Assembly (NCBI GenBank): GCA_033791105.1
Contig: JASJHI010000216.1
Coordinates: forward strand, 1-45,905
DNA: 45,905 bases
Reading direction: 5' to 3'
Origin: Acidimicrobiia bacterium
Lineage (GTDB): Bacteria > Actinomycetota > Acidimicrobiia > Acidimicrobiales > Ilumatobacteraceae
Positions 24,280 through 32,644 of this stretch are shown piece after piece (position 1 is the first letter of the stretch; every line of letters begins with the position of its first letter). Under the pieces are notes generated by a model. It was given only the letters and a program-made list of their open reading frames with translations, was not told the DNA's origin and ran no database searches. The position numbers and the translations under genes were made by a program.

Positions 24280-26199
24280 ATGGCAGATCGGATGGGCAGG
24301 CGGAGGTCCGCAGCAGCGACCATCGGCGTCAGCGCGGTCGACGAGACGGGAGCCGCGCCAGATCTCGGGGTGCCCGAACGCAGCCGCGAGGACGAGACGG
24401 CCGACGAACTCCTCGAAGCCGCCCGCGACGCCGCCGCCGGGGACGGCAGCTCCAAGGCCGACCGCCAGGCCGAACGCGAGCTCGTCAAGAAACTGCTGCT
24501 CCCACGCAAGCGCGGCCTGGCGCTGCTCGCCTTCCTCTCGTTCGTCACCGGCCTGTTCGAAGCCTTGTTCCTGCTCCTCATCACGCAGACCGCGTTCTCG
24601 ATCGCCGACGAATCCAGCGAAGGAGTCGGGCCGGTCTGGGGCCAGACGATCAGTGTCGGCACCGCCATCACCGCGGCGATCGTGCTGGTGGTCCTGCGGC
24701 TGGTCACCGGGTGGCTGGGTGTCGTCCAGGGCACCCGGATCACCAAGACCGTGAGCATCTCGCTCGGACGTGATCTCACCGACGCGTTCCTCAACGCCGG
24801 CTGGGAGGCGCAACACGGAGACCGGCCCGGTCGCCTCCAGGAACTCCTCACGTCGTTCGCGCGACACGGCGTGGCGGTCACCGGGAGCGCGGCCGGCGTC
24901 GTCCGGGCGCTGCTCAGCGTGCTCGTGCTGCTCGCCGCGGCGGTCGCGGTCAACCCGATCGCCTCGCTCATCGCAATCTTCGGTGTCGTCCTGCTCGGCG
25001 GCGCGCTCCGGCCATTACGCAGCGCTGTGCGGCGCCAGTCCAAGCGGACCACCGAGACATCGATGAGTTTCGCGACCGCGCTCAGCGAGGTCTCCGACCT
25101 GGGCCTGGAGATGAACGTCTTCGGTGTCCAGCCCGCGGTGGGCGCGCGCGTCGACGAGCTGATCGTCGCCAAGGAAGGACAGGCCCAACGTCTCGGGATT
25201 CTCAAGGGCATGGTCCCCCTGCTCTACAGCGGGATGGCATACCTCGCGATCGTCGTCGCAATCGGGTTCGTGTCGAAGGCCGACAGCGACACAGCGGCAT
25301 CCGCGGGCGCAGCGATGCTCGTGATGCTCCGCTCACTCAGCTACGGCCAGCTCGTCCAGACCTCCTGGGCGGGGATCAACGCCTCGATTCCTTACTACCG
25401 GATCTTCGACGAGGAGATCGAGCGGTACCGCGCCGCCGAGGTCATCGACCAAGGGATCCCGATCGGCCGCATCGGAGAGGTTCATCTCGACGATGTCTCC
25501 TACGCCTACACGGCGGGACAGCCGGTGCTGCACAACGTGACCGCCACGCTCGAACCCAACGAGGTGGTCGGCATCATCGGCCCATCCGGCGGCGGCAAGT
25601 CGACACTCGTACAGCTACTGCTCGGGCTCCGTCGACCCGATGAGGGTCGGGTCCTGTCCGATGGACGTGACATCGCAACCCTCGCCCGTGCGGAATGGTC
25701 GCGCAAGGTCACGTTCGTGCCCCAACACAACCATCTTGTTGCAGGCACGATCGCGGACAACATCCGATTCTTCCGCGAGGATGTGACTCACGACGACATC
25801 GTCCGCGCGGCCGAGATGGCACAGTTGGGCCGCGACATCGCGGGATTCGAAGAAGGCTACGACCGCGAAGTCGGCGAGCGCGGCAGCCACCTCAGCGGTG
25901 GCCAACAGCAGCGGCTCACGATCGCCCGCGCACTGGTCGAGCAGCCCGATCTCCTGATCCTCGATGAGCCGACGAGTGCCCTCGACGTTCGGTCCGAAGC
26001 ACTCATTCGCGACGCGCTCGACGAACTCCGTGAACACATGACGATCGTGGTGATCGCGCATCGACTCTCGACGCTCGACACCTGTGATCGCCTGATGGTC
26101 ATCCAGGACGGCTACATGCGCGGATTCGACCGCCCCGAGGTCCTCGAACGCGAGTCGGACTTCTACCGCGAGGCACTCGTACTGGCGGGGCTTCGTTGA
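24280..26199 (+). CDS. ABC exporter, fused permease/ATPase (MsbA/type-I exporter-like)
   Basis: Six-TM-like N-terminal half. Walker A GPSGGGKST, signature LSGGQQQR, Walker B LLILDEPTSALD, H-loop IAHRLST. The start is ATG 24280 or GTG 24256. Confidence 0.9.
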   Translation: MADRMGRRRSAAATIGVSAVDETGAAPDLGVPERSREDETADELLEAARDAAAGDGSSKADRQAERELVKKLLLPRKRGLALLAFLSFVTGLFEALFLLLITQTAFSIADESSEGVGPVWGQTISVGTAITAAIVLVVLRLVTGWLGVVQGTRITKTVSISLGRDLTDAFLNAGWEAQHGDRPGRLQELLTSFARHGVAVTGSAAGVVRALLSVLVLLAAAVAVNPIASLIAIFGVVLLGGALRPLRSAVRRQSKRTTETSMSFATALSEVSDLGLEMNVFGVQPAVGARVDELIVAKEGQAQRLGILKGMVPLLYSGMAYLAIVVAIGFVSKADSDTAASAGAAMLVMLRSLSYGQLVQTSWAGINASIPYYRIFDEEIERYRAAEVIDQGIPIGRIGEVHLDDVSYAYTAGQPVLHNVTATLEPNEVVGIIGPSGGGKSTLVQLLLGLRRPDEGRVLSDGRDIATLARAEWSRKVTFVPQHNHLVAGTIADNIRFFREDVTHDDIVRAAEMAQLGRDIAGFEEGYDREVGERGSHLSGGQQQRLTIARALVEQPDLLILDEPTSALDVRSEALIRDALDELREHMTIVVIAHRLSTLDTCDRLMVIQDGYMRGFDRPEVLERESDFYREALVLAGLR

Positions 26200-26272
26200 C
26201 ATCACCGCAGGCTGAGCTGGCAATACCGACGACACGCACTACCCTGACGCGGCGGGCGAGAGGCGACTCCAG

Positions 26273-28087
26273 ATGAATCAGAACCCACACCTTGCAGCGA
26301 TCAAACGACGGTGGTGGCTCGTCGTCGCGCTCGCACTGCTCGGCGCTGTGATCGGGGCGATCCCGGAGTCCGAACGCGTCGAGGAACAAGCGACGAGCTT
26401 CACGGCCACGCACACGATGCTGCCCAACGAGGGAGGCGACAGCTCGACGGTGTCCACGAGCCAGGTCGAGCTGCTCGCGACCACCGGCGAGGTACCGGCC
26501 AGGGTCGCCGAGCGCCTCGACTTCGAAGGCAATCCCGCCGAGCTCGCCGCCCAGGTCAACGTTCAGTTCGAACTCGAGACCGGGGCGCTCCGCTTCACGA
26601 CGGTGCAGGCCAGCGCGGCCACAGCCGAGGAGTTGGCAGACGCATTCGCCGACGAACTCAACTCATATCTCACCGAACGCCAGGACGACGTCTACCAGGA
26701 CCGTCTCCAGTCGTCGCGCGACCGCGTGACCGAATTGGAGGATCAGCTCGACGCCATCGGCGTGCAACTCGTTGCCGATCCGGACAACGCCGTGGTCATC
26801 GCCGAGCGCGACGCGATCTCGCGCTCGTACGGTCTCGCATTCGAGCAGAACCAGGCGCTCGAGGACAGTGGCGGACAGCTCACGTTCACGACGCTGCAGA
26901 GCGCCCAGGCGGTCCCCCAGGTCGATCGCGGTCTCAGCGCACCGACCTCACGCCGCACAAGGGCGATGATGGGATTGATCGTCGGCGGAACCCTCGGCAT
27001 CATCGCCGCGGTCGTCCTCGGGCGGCTCGACAGCAAGATCCGGTCCAAGGAGCAGGCCGAAGAGCTCATGGGCATGCGCGCCCGCTCGACGATCCCCAAG
27101 GTCAAGTCGACCGAGCGCGATCAGATCGTCGTACGACCCGGTCGCCACGACCCGTTGTCCGACTCGTATCGCACGGTCCGCAACGTCGTGCGCTTCGTGC
27201 AGGGTGGCCTCGAGACGGGGCCGGCGGCCCGTGTCACGCTCGTGGTCTCGCCGGGGCCCGGAGACGGCAAGACCTCGATGGCGGCCAACCTGTCGGCCGC
27301 ATTCGCCGAATCCGGTGATCGCACGGTCGCGGTCAACGCCGATTTCCGTCGGCCGCGGTTGGCGGCGGCGATGCTCGATGTCGGCACTCCGGAATTGCCG
27401 TGCCACGTCGAGGACCTCGACGACGTCGACACCGGCTCCCTGGTCAAGGGGACCGACAATCGGAACCTCAAGGTGATGGACCTGGCGTCGATCAGGGCCT
27501 CCCCCGGCGACCTGGTCCGTGGTCTCATCGGCCACCTGGCCGTGCTGTCCGACGTTTCCGACGAGATCATCATCGACACCTCGCCGATCGGCGCCACCGC
27601 CGAGGTGCTCGAGCTGTTGCCCTACGCCGACGTGATCATCGTCGTCGTGCGCGTCGGTCACACGTCGATCCAGGCAACCGAACGCACGATCGCGATCCTG
27701 CGCGACATCGCCACGGCGCCGACGTTGATGGTGCTCACCGGCGTCAAGGCAGAGAAGAACCCCTACTTCGAGTACAGCGATCAGCGGTGGCCCACTGAGC
27801 AAGTCGACGACGACATCGACGACGACGACGACATCGACGACATCGACGACGACGACATCGAGGATCTCGAATCCGACGACATCGACGACGAACTCGACGA
27901 CCCGGACGATGAAGACGTCGATGACGATGACGATCTCGACGAAGAACTCGAAGTCGCCGCAGAACAGGTCGACGATCTCGACGATGACGATGACGTCGAC
28001 ATCGATTCCAACGATCGTGACGATGACGATCTCGACGACGAATCGGTCTCGTCGGGTTCAGCGGCCGCGCTGCAATCCACCGAGTGA
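26273..28087 (+). CDS. Polysaccharide co-polymerase (Wzz-like) fused to a BY-kinase-like P-loop ATPase with a polyacidic C-terminal tail
   Basis: N-terminal TM (WWLVVALALLGAVIGAI), a coiled periplasmic-type region and a second TM (MMGLIVGGTLGIIAAVVLG). Walker A SPGPGDGKTS, Walker A' VAVNADFRRP, Walker B IIIDTSP. RBS gagagg lies upstream of ATG 26273. Confidence 0.85.
   Translation: MNQNPHLAAIKRRWWLVVALALLGAVIGAIPESERVEEQATSFTATHTMLPNEGGDSSTVSTSQVELLATTGEVPARVAERLDFEGNPAELAAQVNVQFELETGALRFTTVQASAATAEELADAFADELNSYLTERQDDVYQDRLQSSRDRVTELEDQLDAIGVQLVADPDNAVVIAERDAISRSYGLAFEQNQALEDSGGQLTFTTLQSAQAVPQVDRGLSAPTSRRTRAMMGLIVGGTLGIIAAVVLGRLDSKIRSKEQAEELMGMRARSTIPKVKSTERDQIVVRPGRHDPLSDSYRTVRNVVRFVQGGLETGPAARVTLVVSPGPGDGKTSMAANLSAAFAESGDRTVAVNADFRRPRLAAAMLDVGTPELPCHVEDLDDVDTGSLVKGTDNRNLKVMDLASIRASPGDLVRGLIGHLAVLSDVSDEIIIDTSPIGATAEVLELLPYADVIIVVVRVGHTSIQATERTIAILRDIATAPTLMVLTGVKAEKNPYFEYSDQRWPTEQVDDDIDDDDDIDDIDDDDIEDLESDDIDDELDDPDDEDVDDDDDLDEELEVAAEQVDDLDDDDDVDIDSNDRDDDDLDDESVSSGSAAALQSTE
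27797..28042 (+). repeat. GAC/GAT-rich low-complexity coding tract encoding an 82-aa tail that is mostly Asp/Glu
   Basis: EQVDDDIDDDDDIDDIDDDDIEDLESDDIDDELDDPDDEDVDDDDDLDEELEVAAEQVDDLDDDDDVDIDSNDRDDDDLDDE, read from residues 509-590 of CDS 26273..28087. Confidence 0.9.
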
Positions 28088-28095
28088 GCTGACCG

Positions 28096-29583
28096 ATGGC
28101 ACAGCGCCTGGTCGTCGCCGCCGCCGTCGCCTACCTGGTCCTGCTCGGCTGGATGATCGGCAACACGAGCTACGACGCCTGGGGCCTCCTCGTCGTCCTT
28201 CCGATCTTCGGCTCGATCGGCGTCCTCATCATGCGCGGGCTCTTCCGCGGTCGACTGGCCACGATCCTCAACATCATGTACCTCGGGCTGGCGACGAAGC
28301 TGCTCGGCACGGCGGCCCGCTACTACGTCGGCTTCGAGGCCTACGACGGTGGCATCGATGCGCAGGAGTACCACCTCTACGCGGTCGACGCCGCCCGCGA
28401 CGTGTGGGACGGGCGAGCCGACTTCCTGTCGATCTTCCCCGGCGGAACCGGCACGCCGTTCACCGAGGGCATGACCGCTCTCGTCTACACGTTGACCGGT
28501 ACGAGCAAGATGGCCGGATTCGTCGCGTTCTCGTTCCTCGCATACATCGGCACCGCCTTCTTCGTGAAGGCCGCATGCGTGGCGATTCCCGGGCTGGCGA
28601 TGAGGAAGTACGCGCTGCTGTGCGTGCTCGCTCCGAGCCTCATCTACTGGCCCGCCTCGATCGGGAAGGAGGCCCTCATGATCTTCTTCCTCGGCATCGC
28701 CACCTACGGGATCGCTTCACTCGTGTCGCGGCCGCCGGTCGCGATGCCTCTGATCATCGCGGCCTCGGGCCTGATCGGGGCCACGTTCATCCGCCCACAC
28801 CTCGTCGGCGTCTGGATGGCCGGCCTGTTCCCGGCGCTGCTCATCGCCCTGTTACGTGGACGTGACGTGTGGCACGAGGGCGGCAAACGCAAGCTCGATC
28901 GGGCGCTGTTCCTTCCGATCGTGCTGATCGCGTCGATCGGGCTGGTCCTGGTCGCCTCGGCCACCGTGCAGTATCTCAATCCGAGTAGCGACGATCCGGC
29001 CGACGGGGGCGGATCGATCACCGACATCATCGACGAGACCGCCCGCCGCACGTCCCAGGCGGGTTCGGCGTTCACCCCGCCATCGGTCTCGAACCCGGCC
29101 AACTGGCCGTTCGCTGTCGTGCGCACGCTCACCCGCCCGCTTCCGATGGAGGCGCGCGGACTGTCGCAGATGATCGTGGCCGCGGAGATCCTGGTCTTTC
29201 TCTGCATGTGCATGTGGTCGTACCGCCGCGTGCTCAACGCGGGCGTCCTCGTGGTGAGGAACGCGTACATGGCATTCGCGGTCACGACGCTGTTCCTCGG
29301 CGGGCTCGCCTATTCGAGCTTCGGCAACCTCGCGGTGCTCTCGCGGCAGCGATCGCTCGTCGTGCCGCTGATGCTGCTCATCGTCTGCGTTCCTCCGCTC
29401 GCCAGACGGCAGCGGACAGATCCCGAACTCGACGGGACGCTCGCAGATCAGAAGAGTTCGATGTCACCCAGCTCGAGAGCCCAGTTCGACAGCGGTGGGG
29501 CGCCGACATCGACCAGACCGCGCCAGGTCAGCATCGGACCGCCCGACGGCAAAGGCACGAAGCCAGACGACATCTGGGGCTGA
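28096..29583 (+). CDS. Polytopic integral membrane protein (candidate polysaccharide polymerase/ligase-like)
   Basis: 495 aa with 10 or more hydrophobic spans (e.g. VVAAAVAYLVLLGWMIG, LLVVLPIFGSIGVLIM, FVAFSFLAYIGTAFFV, IVLIASIGLVLVAS). It starts 9 nt after the co-polymerase gene. Function is inferred from context only. Confidence 0.55.
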   Translation: MAQRLVVAAAVAYLVLLGWMIGNTSYDAWGLLVVLPIFGSIGVLIMRGLFRGRLATILNIMYLGLATKLLGTAARYYVGFEAYDGGIDAQEYHLYAVDAARDVWDGRADFLSIFPGGTGTPFTEGMTALVYTLTGTSKMAGFVAFSFLAYIGTAFFVKAACVAIPGLAMRKYALLCVLAPSLIYWPASIGKEALMIFFLGIATYGIASLVSRPPVAMPLIIAASGLIGATFIRPHLVGVWMAGLFPALLIALLRGRDVWHEGGKRKLDRALFLPIVLIASIGLVLVASATVQYLNPSSDDPADGGGSITDIIDETARRTSQAGSAFTPPSVSNPANWPFAVVRTLTRPLPMEARGLSQMIVAAEILVFLCMCMWSYRRVLNAGVLVVRNAYMAFAVTTLFLGGLAYSSFGNLAVLSRQRSLVVPLMLLIVCVPPLARRQRTDPELDGTLADQKSSMSPSSRAQFDSGGAPTSTRPRQVSIGPPDGKGTKPDDIWG

Positions 29584-31583
29584 CCCAGCCGGATTGCGTA
29601 CGCCGCGCCGACATCGCGGGCGGCGCGGGCTGCGAGTCGGTCGGCCACGGCGGTCGGGCCGAACGATGCGACGAGCGCGAGTTCGGTCGACGCTCCCCTC
29701 CGTCGAGCACGCACGATCACCGCCGCGTCGCCCTCATCGACCACGCGATAGCCGAGCAGATCGGTCCCGAATCGCCATCGGAGGTAGGGCTCGCTGCTGT
29801 TCGTTCGGAGCTCGCGCACATCGATCGGCTCCGCCCGCCGGTCGCCAGGACCCCCGCTGTCGAGCCATGCGAGCACGTCTTGGCCGATGTCGATCGACTC
29901 GGACCAGCGGTCCGCGGGGACCCTCGACCGGATCGCGGCGACGGCGCCGTTCGGGCCGCTGAATCGCACCGCCGCGGGCAATCGACCGACCTCCCGCCAG
30001 CCCATCTTGAGATAGCCGGGCCGGGATTGGTCGTTGGGCGTATTGAAGACGAGATCGACCCCCTCGCCGCGCATCGCCTCGATGCCGTGCAGGGTCAGCG
30101 CCGTGAAGAGACCGCGGCCCTGATAGTCCGGGTCGGTGGCGGTATCGACCGCTCGCACGGCACGAAGCACGGAACCGCCGCGAACGAACTCCCATCGCAT
30201 CAGGGTGCGCAGCGCGATGATGCGGTCGCCGTCGGTGGCAACCCACATGGGTGACGCACCGAACGGGTTGCGTTCGTGCTTCCACTCGAACAGGCGCGGA
30301 TAACGCGGGTCGCCATCGCTGCCGAGGGAGCGGCCGAGCAACTCGATCACCGCCGGACGGTCATCGGCGGTCGCGGGACGAATGTCGGGGGCCGGCCGTC
30401 GGGGCCGTTTCGAGGTCGACTTGGCTCCGCCCTCACCGACGCCGGTCACGCCATCGGCCGGGTCGGCCGACGGCCGCGCTGCCACGAGTTCGGCGTAGGT
30501 CTCCTCGATGATCGCCACCGTTCTGGCGACTGCGAAGTCCGCGGCACGAGCGCGCGATGCGTCCGCGAGTCGCGAGCACAGATCCGAGTCCGTCGCGATG
30601 TGTTCGAGCGCGCCGGCGAGCGCTGCTGCATCGCGCGCGGGGACGAGCAGTGCGTCAACCCCATCCTCGAACTCCTCGGCAATCCCGCCGACGGCCGTCG
30701 AGACGATCGGCAGGCCGAGCCCCGTCGCCTCCATCACCGCCACGGGCAGACCCTCCCACTGCGATGCCATGACGAAGGCATCGCAGGCTGCCATCACGCG
30801 CACGGCATCCGACCGAAATCCTGTGAGCAGCACGCGATCGTCGAGACCGAGTTCACTGCGCATCGCACGCAACTCGGCGTCCTGGGGGCCTTGGCCGACG
30901 GCGACGAATCGGATCGGGATCTTCCGTTCGGCGAGCAGCCGAGCCGCCTCGAAAAGGTTCGGATAGTCCTTCTGTGGGCGGAAGTTGGCCACCGTGCCGA
31001 CGACGAACTCGTCAGTGCCGAGCCCCAGCTCCGCCCGAACCGCGTCGCGATGCGTCGACTCGGCGGCGGTCGCATCGAGATCGATGCCATGGCGGAGCGT
31101 CTCCGCCCCGATCGCGACCGGCCCGCGCATCGATTCGCGGACTTCGTCGGTGACGGCGAACGACCGGTCGTCGAGACGACTGGTGAGGCGATTGAGCAAC
31201 CTGGTCGGAAGACGGTGAGTCTCCCAGCGGTTGTGTTCGGTGCTGACCAGCACTGGACGCTCGGTGCGCGGGAGAGTTCGCGCGGCGAGTCTCGCAACCG
31301 ATCCGGGCAAGGGTGAGTGTGAATGGACGACGTCATAACCACCGGACCGGACCAGACTCCAGAGTCGAAGTGGCCACAGCGGATCCCGGCGGCGAGTGCT
31401 CACACAGCGGGTGCGTGCGCCCGATGCCTCCAGACGACCGGCGAGATGATCCTTCCAGGGCAGGACGTAAGCGCATTCGATGTCGAAATCCGGCGAGTGC
31501 GCTGACGCAGCAGCCGCGAGCAACGTTTCGGCACCGCCTGGCCCGAGACCTTTGGAGACCCACAAGACCCGCGTTGTCACCAT
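29448..31583 (-). CDS. Fusion protein: GT4 glycosyltransferase (N-terminal) plus GNAT N-acetyltransferase domain with a C-terminal extension
   Basis: ATG 31583 gives MVTTRVLWVSKGLGPGGAETLL (GT4) and ...MASQWEGLPVAVMEATGLGLPIVSTAVGG. After an A/P/G-rich linker come IRPATADDRPAVIELL ... VDTATDPDYQGRGLFTALTLHGIE (GNAT Q/R-x-x-G-x-G/A motif). One uninterrupted frame. Confidence 0.75.
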   Translation of the reverse strand: MVTTRVLWVSKGLGPGGAETLLAAAASAHSPDFDIECAYVLPWKDHLAGRLEASGARTRCVSTRRRDPLWPLRLWSLVRSGGYDVVHSHSPLPGSVARLAARTLPRTERPVLVSTEHNRWETHRLPTRLLNRLTSRLDDRSFAVTDEVRESMRGPVAIGAETLRHGIDLDATAAESTHRDAVRAELGLGTDEFVVGTVANFRPQKDYPNLFEAARLLAERKIPIRFVAVGQGPQDAELRAMRSELGLDDRVLLTGFRSDAVRVMAACDAFVMASQWEGLPVAVMEATGLGLPIVSTAVGGIAEEFEDGVDALLVPARDAAALAGALEHIATDSDLCSRLADASRARAADFAVARTVAIIEETYAELVAARPSADPADGVTGVGEGGAKSTSKRPRRPAPDIRPATADDRPAVIELLGRSLGSDGDPRYPRLFEWKHERNPFGASPMWVATDGDRIIALRTLMRWEFVRGGSVLRAVRAVDTATDPDYQGRGLFTALTLHGIEAMRGEGVDLVFNTPNDQSRPGYLKMGWREVGRLPAAVRFSGPNGAVAAIRSRVPADRWSESIDIGQDVLAWLDSGGPGDRRAEPIDVRELRTNSSEPYLRWRFGTDLLGYRVVDEGDAAVIVRARRRGASTELALVASFGPTAVADRLAARAARDVGAAYAIRLGQPQMSSGFVPLPSGGPMLTWRGLVDVGAPPLSNWALELGDIELF

Positions 31584-31605
31584 CGGCACCGTAGCCTGCG
31601 GACTC

Positions 31606-32556
31606 ATGAGAGTCGTCGTCACCGGCGGAGCCGGCTTCATCGGATCGAACCTGTGCCGCACGCTGCTCGCAACCGACGGCGTCGATTCGGTCGTCGCGCT
31701 CGACGACCTGTCGAACGGCTCGGTCGACAACCTCGCGGGCCTCGATGTCGGGTTCGTCGAGGGGACGATCCTCGATGACGACGCGCTCGACGCCGCCGTC
31801 GCGGGGGCCGATGCGATCGTGCATCTCGCCGCCCTCGGCAGTGTTCCGCGCAGCGTCGCGGACCCATTGGCATCCCATCACGCCAACGCCACGGGCACGG
31901 TGATGGTGCTCGAGGCCGCTCGTCGTCACGGCGGCCTGCACACGATCGTGGCCAGCAGCTCGAGCGTGTACGGCGCCAACCCCATCCTGCCGAAGCAGGA
32001 AGACCTCGCGACGCGTCCGTTGTCGCCGTACGGCGGGAGCAAGCTGGCCACCGAGGGGTACGCGCTGGCGTGGGGTAGCAGCTACGACCTACCCGTCCTC
32101 GCGTTCCGGTTCTTCAACGTGTTCGGTCCGGGACAGCCAGCCGGCCACGTGTACGCCGCCGTGATTCCCAAGTTCGTCGATGCTGCGTTGCGCGGTGAGG
32201 CGGTCATCGTGCACGGCGACGGCGAGCAGAGCCGCGACTTCACCTACGTCGAGACGGTCACCCGCACGATCGCCGACGCACTGCTGCGCAAGGTCACCTC
32301 GGAAGGTCCCGTCAATCTCGCCTACGGCAATCGCATCTCGCTCCTCGAGACGCTCGATCGCCTCGAACGTCAGCTCGGAATCCCGATCGCCCGCGAGCAC
32401 ACCTCACCCCGCGCCGGCGACGTCAAGCACTCCCAGGCCGACAACGCGCGCCTCCGCGAGCTCTTCCCCGACATCGTCCCTGTCGACTTCGACGAGGGCC
32501 TGGCCCGCACCATCGCCTGGATGCGCACCCTCCCGCAACCGACAACAACCCCCTGA
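31606..32556 (+). CDS. NAD-dependent nucleotide-sugar epimerase/dehydratase (extended SDR; UDP-hexose/GlcNAc 4-epimerase-like)
   Basis: MRVVVTGGAGFIGSNL, SSSSVYG, YGGSKL (YxxxK). ATG 31606 lies only 22 bp from the divergent GT4-GNAT start. Confidence 0.9.
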   Translation: MRVVVTGGAGFIGSNLCRTLLATDGVDSVVALDDLSNGSVDNLAGLDVGFVEGTILDDDALDAAVAGADAIVHLAALGSVPRSVADPLASHHANATGTVMVLEAARRHGGLHTIVASSSSVYGANPILPKQEDLATRPLSPYGGSKLATEGYALAWGSSYDLPVLAFRFFNVFGPGQPAGHVYAAVIPKFVDAALRGEAVIVHGDGEQSRDFTYVETVTRTIADALLRKVTSEGPVNLAYGNRISLLETLDRLERQLGIPIAREHTSPRAGDVKHSQADNARLRELFPDIVPVDFDEGLARTIAWMRTLPQPTTTP

Positions 32557-32644
32557 CCCCCACCCCCTCCCGAAACTTGTACCGATCTTCCCGCTCAGCG
32601 CGAGGTCACGCACAAGTTTCGGCCGCGGCGATACTGGCGCGTTG

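Noticed and set aside
27797-28042. The GAC/GAT-rich periodic tract, and the 1771..1812 hexamer repeat, as possible CRISPR or non-coding repeat arrays.
   Set aside because: The units are 3-6 nt with no spacers. They lie inside long ORFs with a coherent reading frame, so they are coding low-complexity repeats and not CRISPR.
28096-29583. Possibility that the polytopic membrane protein is the missing exosortase. Its N-terminal LGWMIGNTSYDAWGLLVVLP vaguely resembles the W...YSHG.LV.P region of exosortases.
   Set aside because: I could not find the conserved exosortase catalytic signatures (a Cys in a CSG-type motif, with the conserved Arg and His) in the sequence. The resemblance is confined to one short hydrophobic stretch. 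It is kept as a generic polymerase/ligase-like membrane protein.
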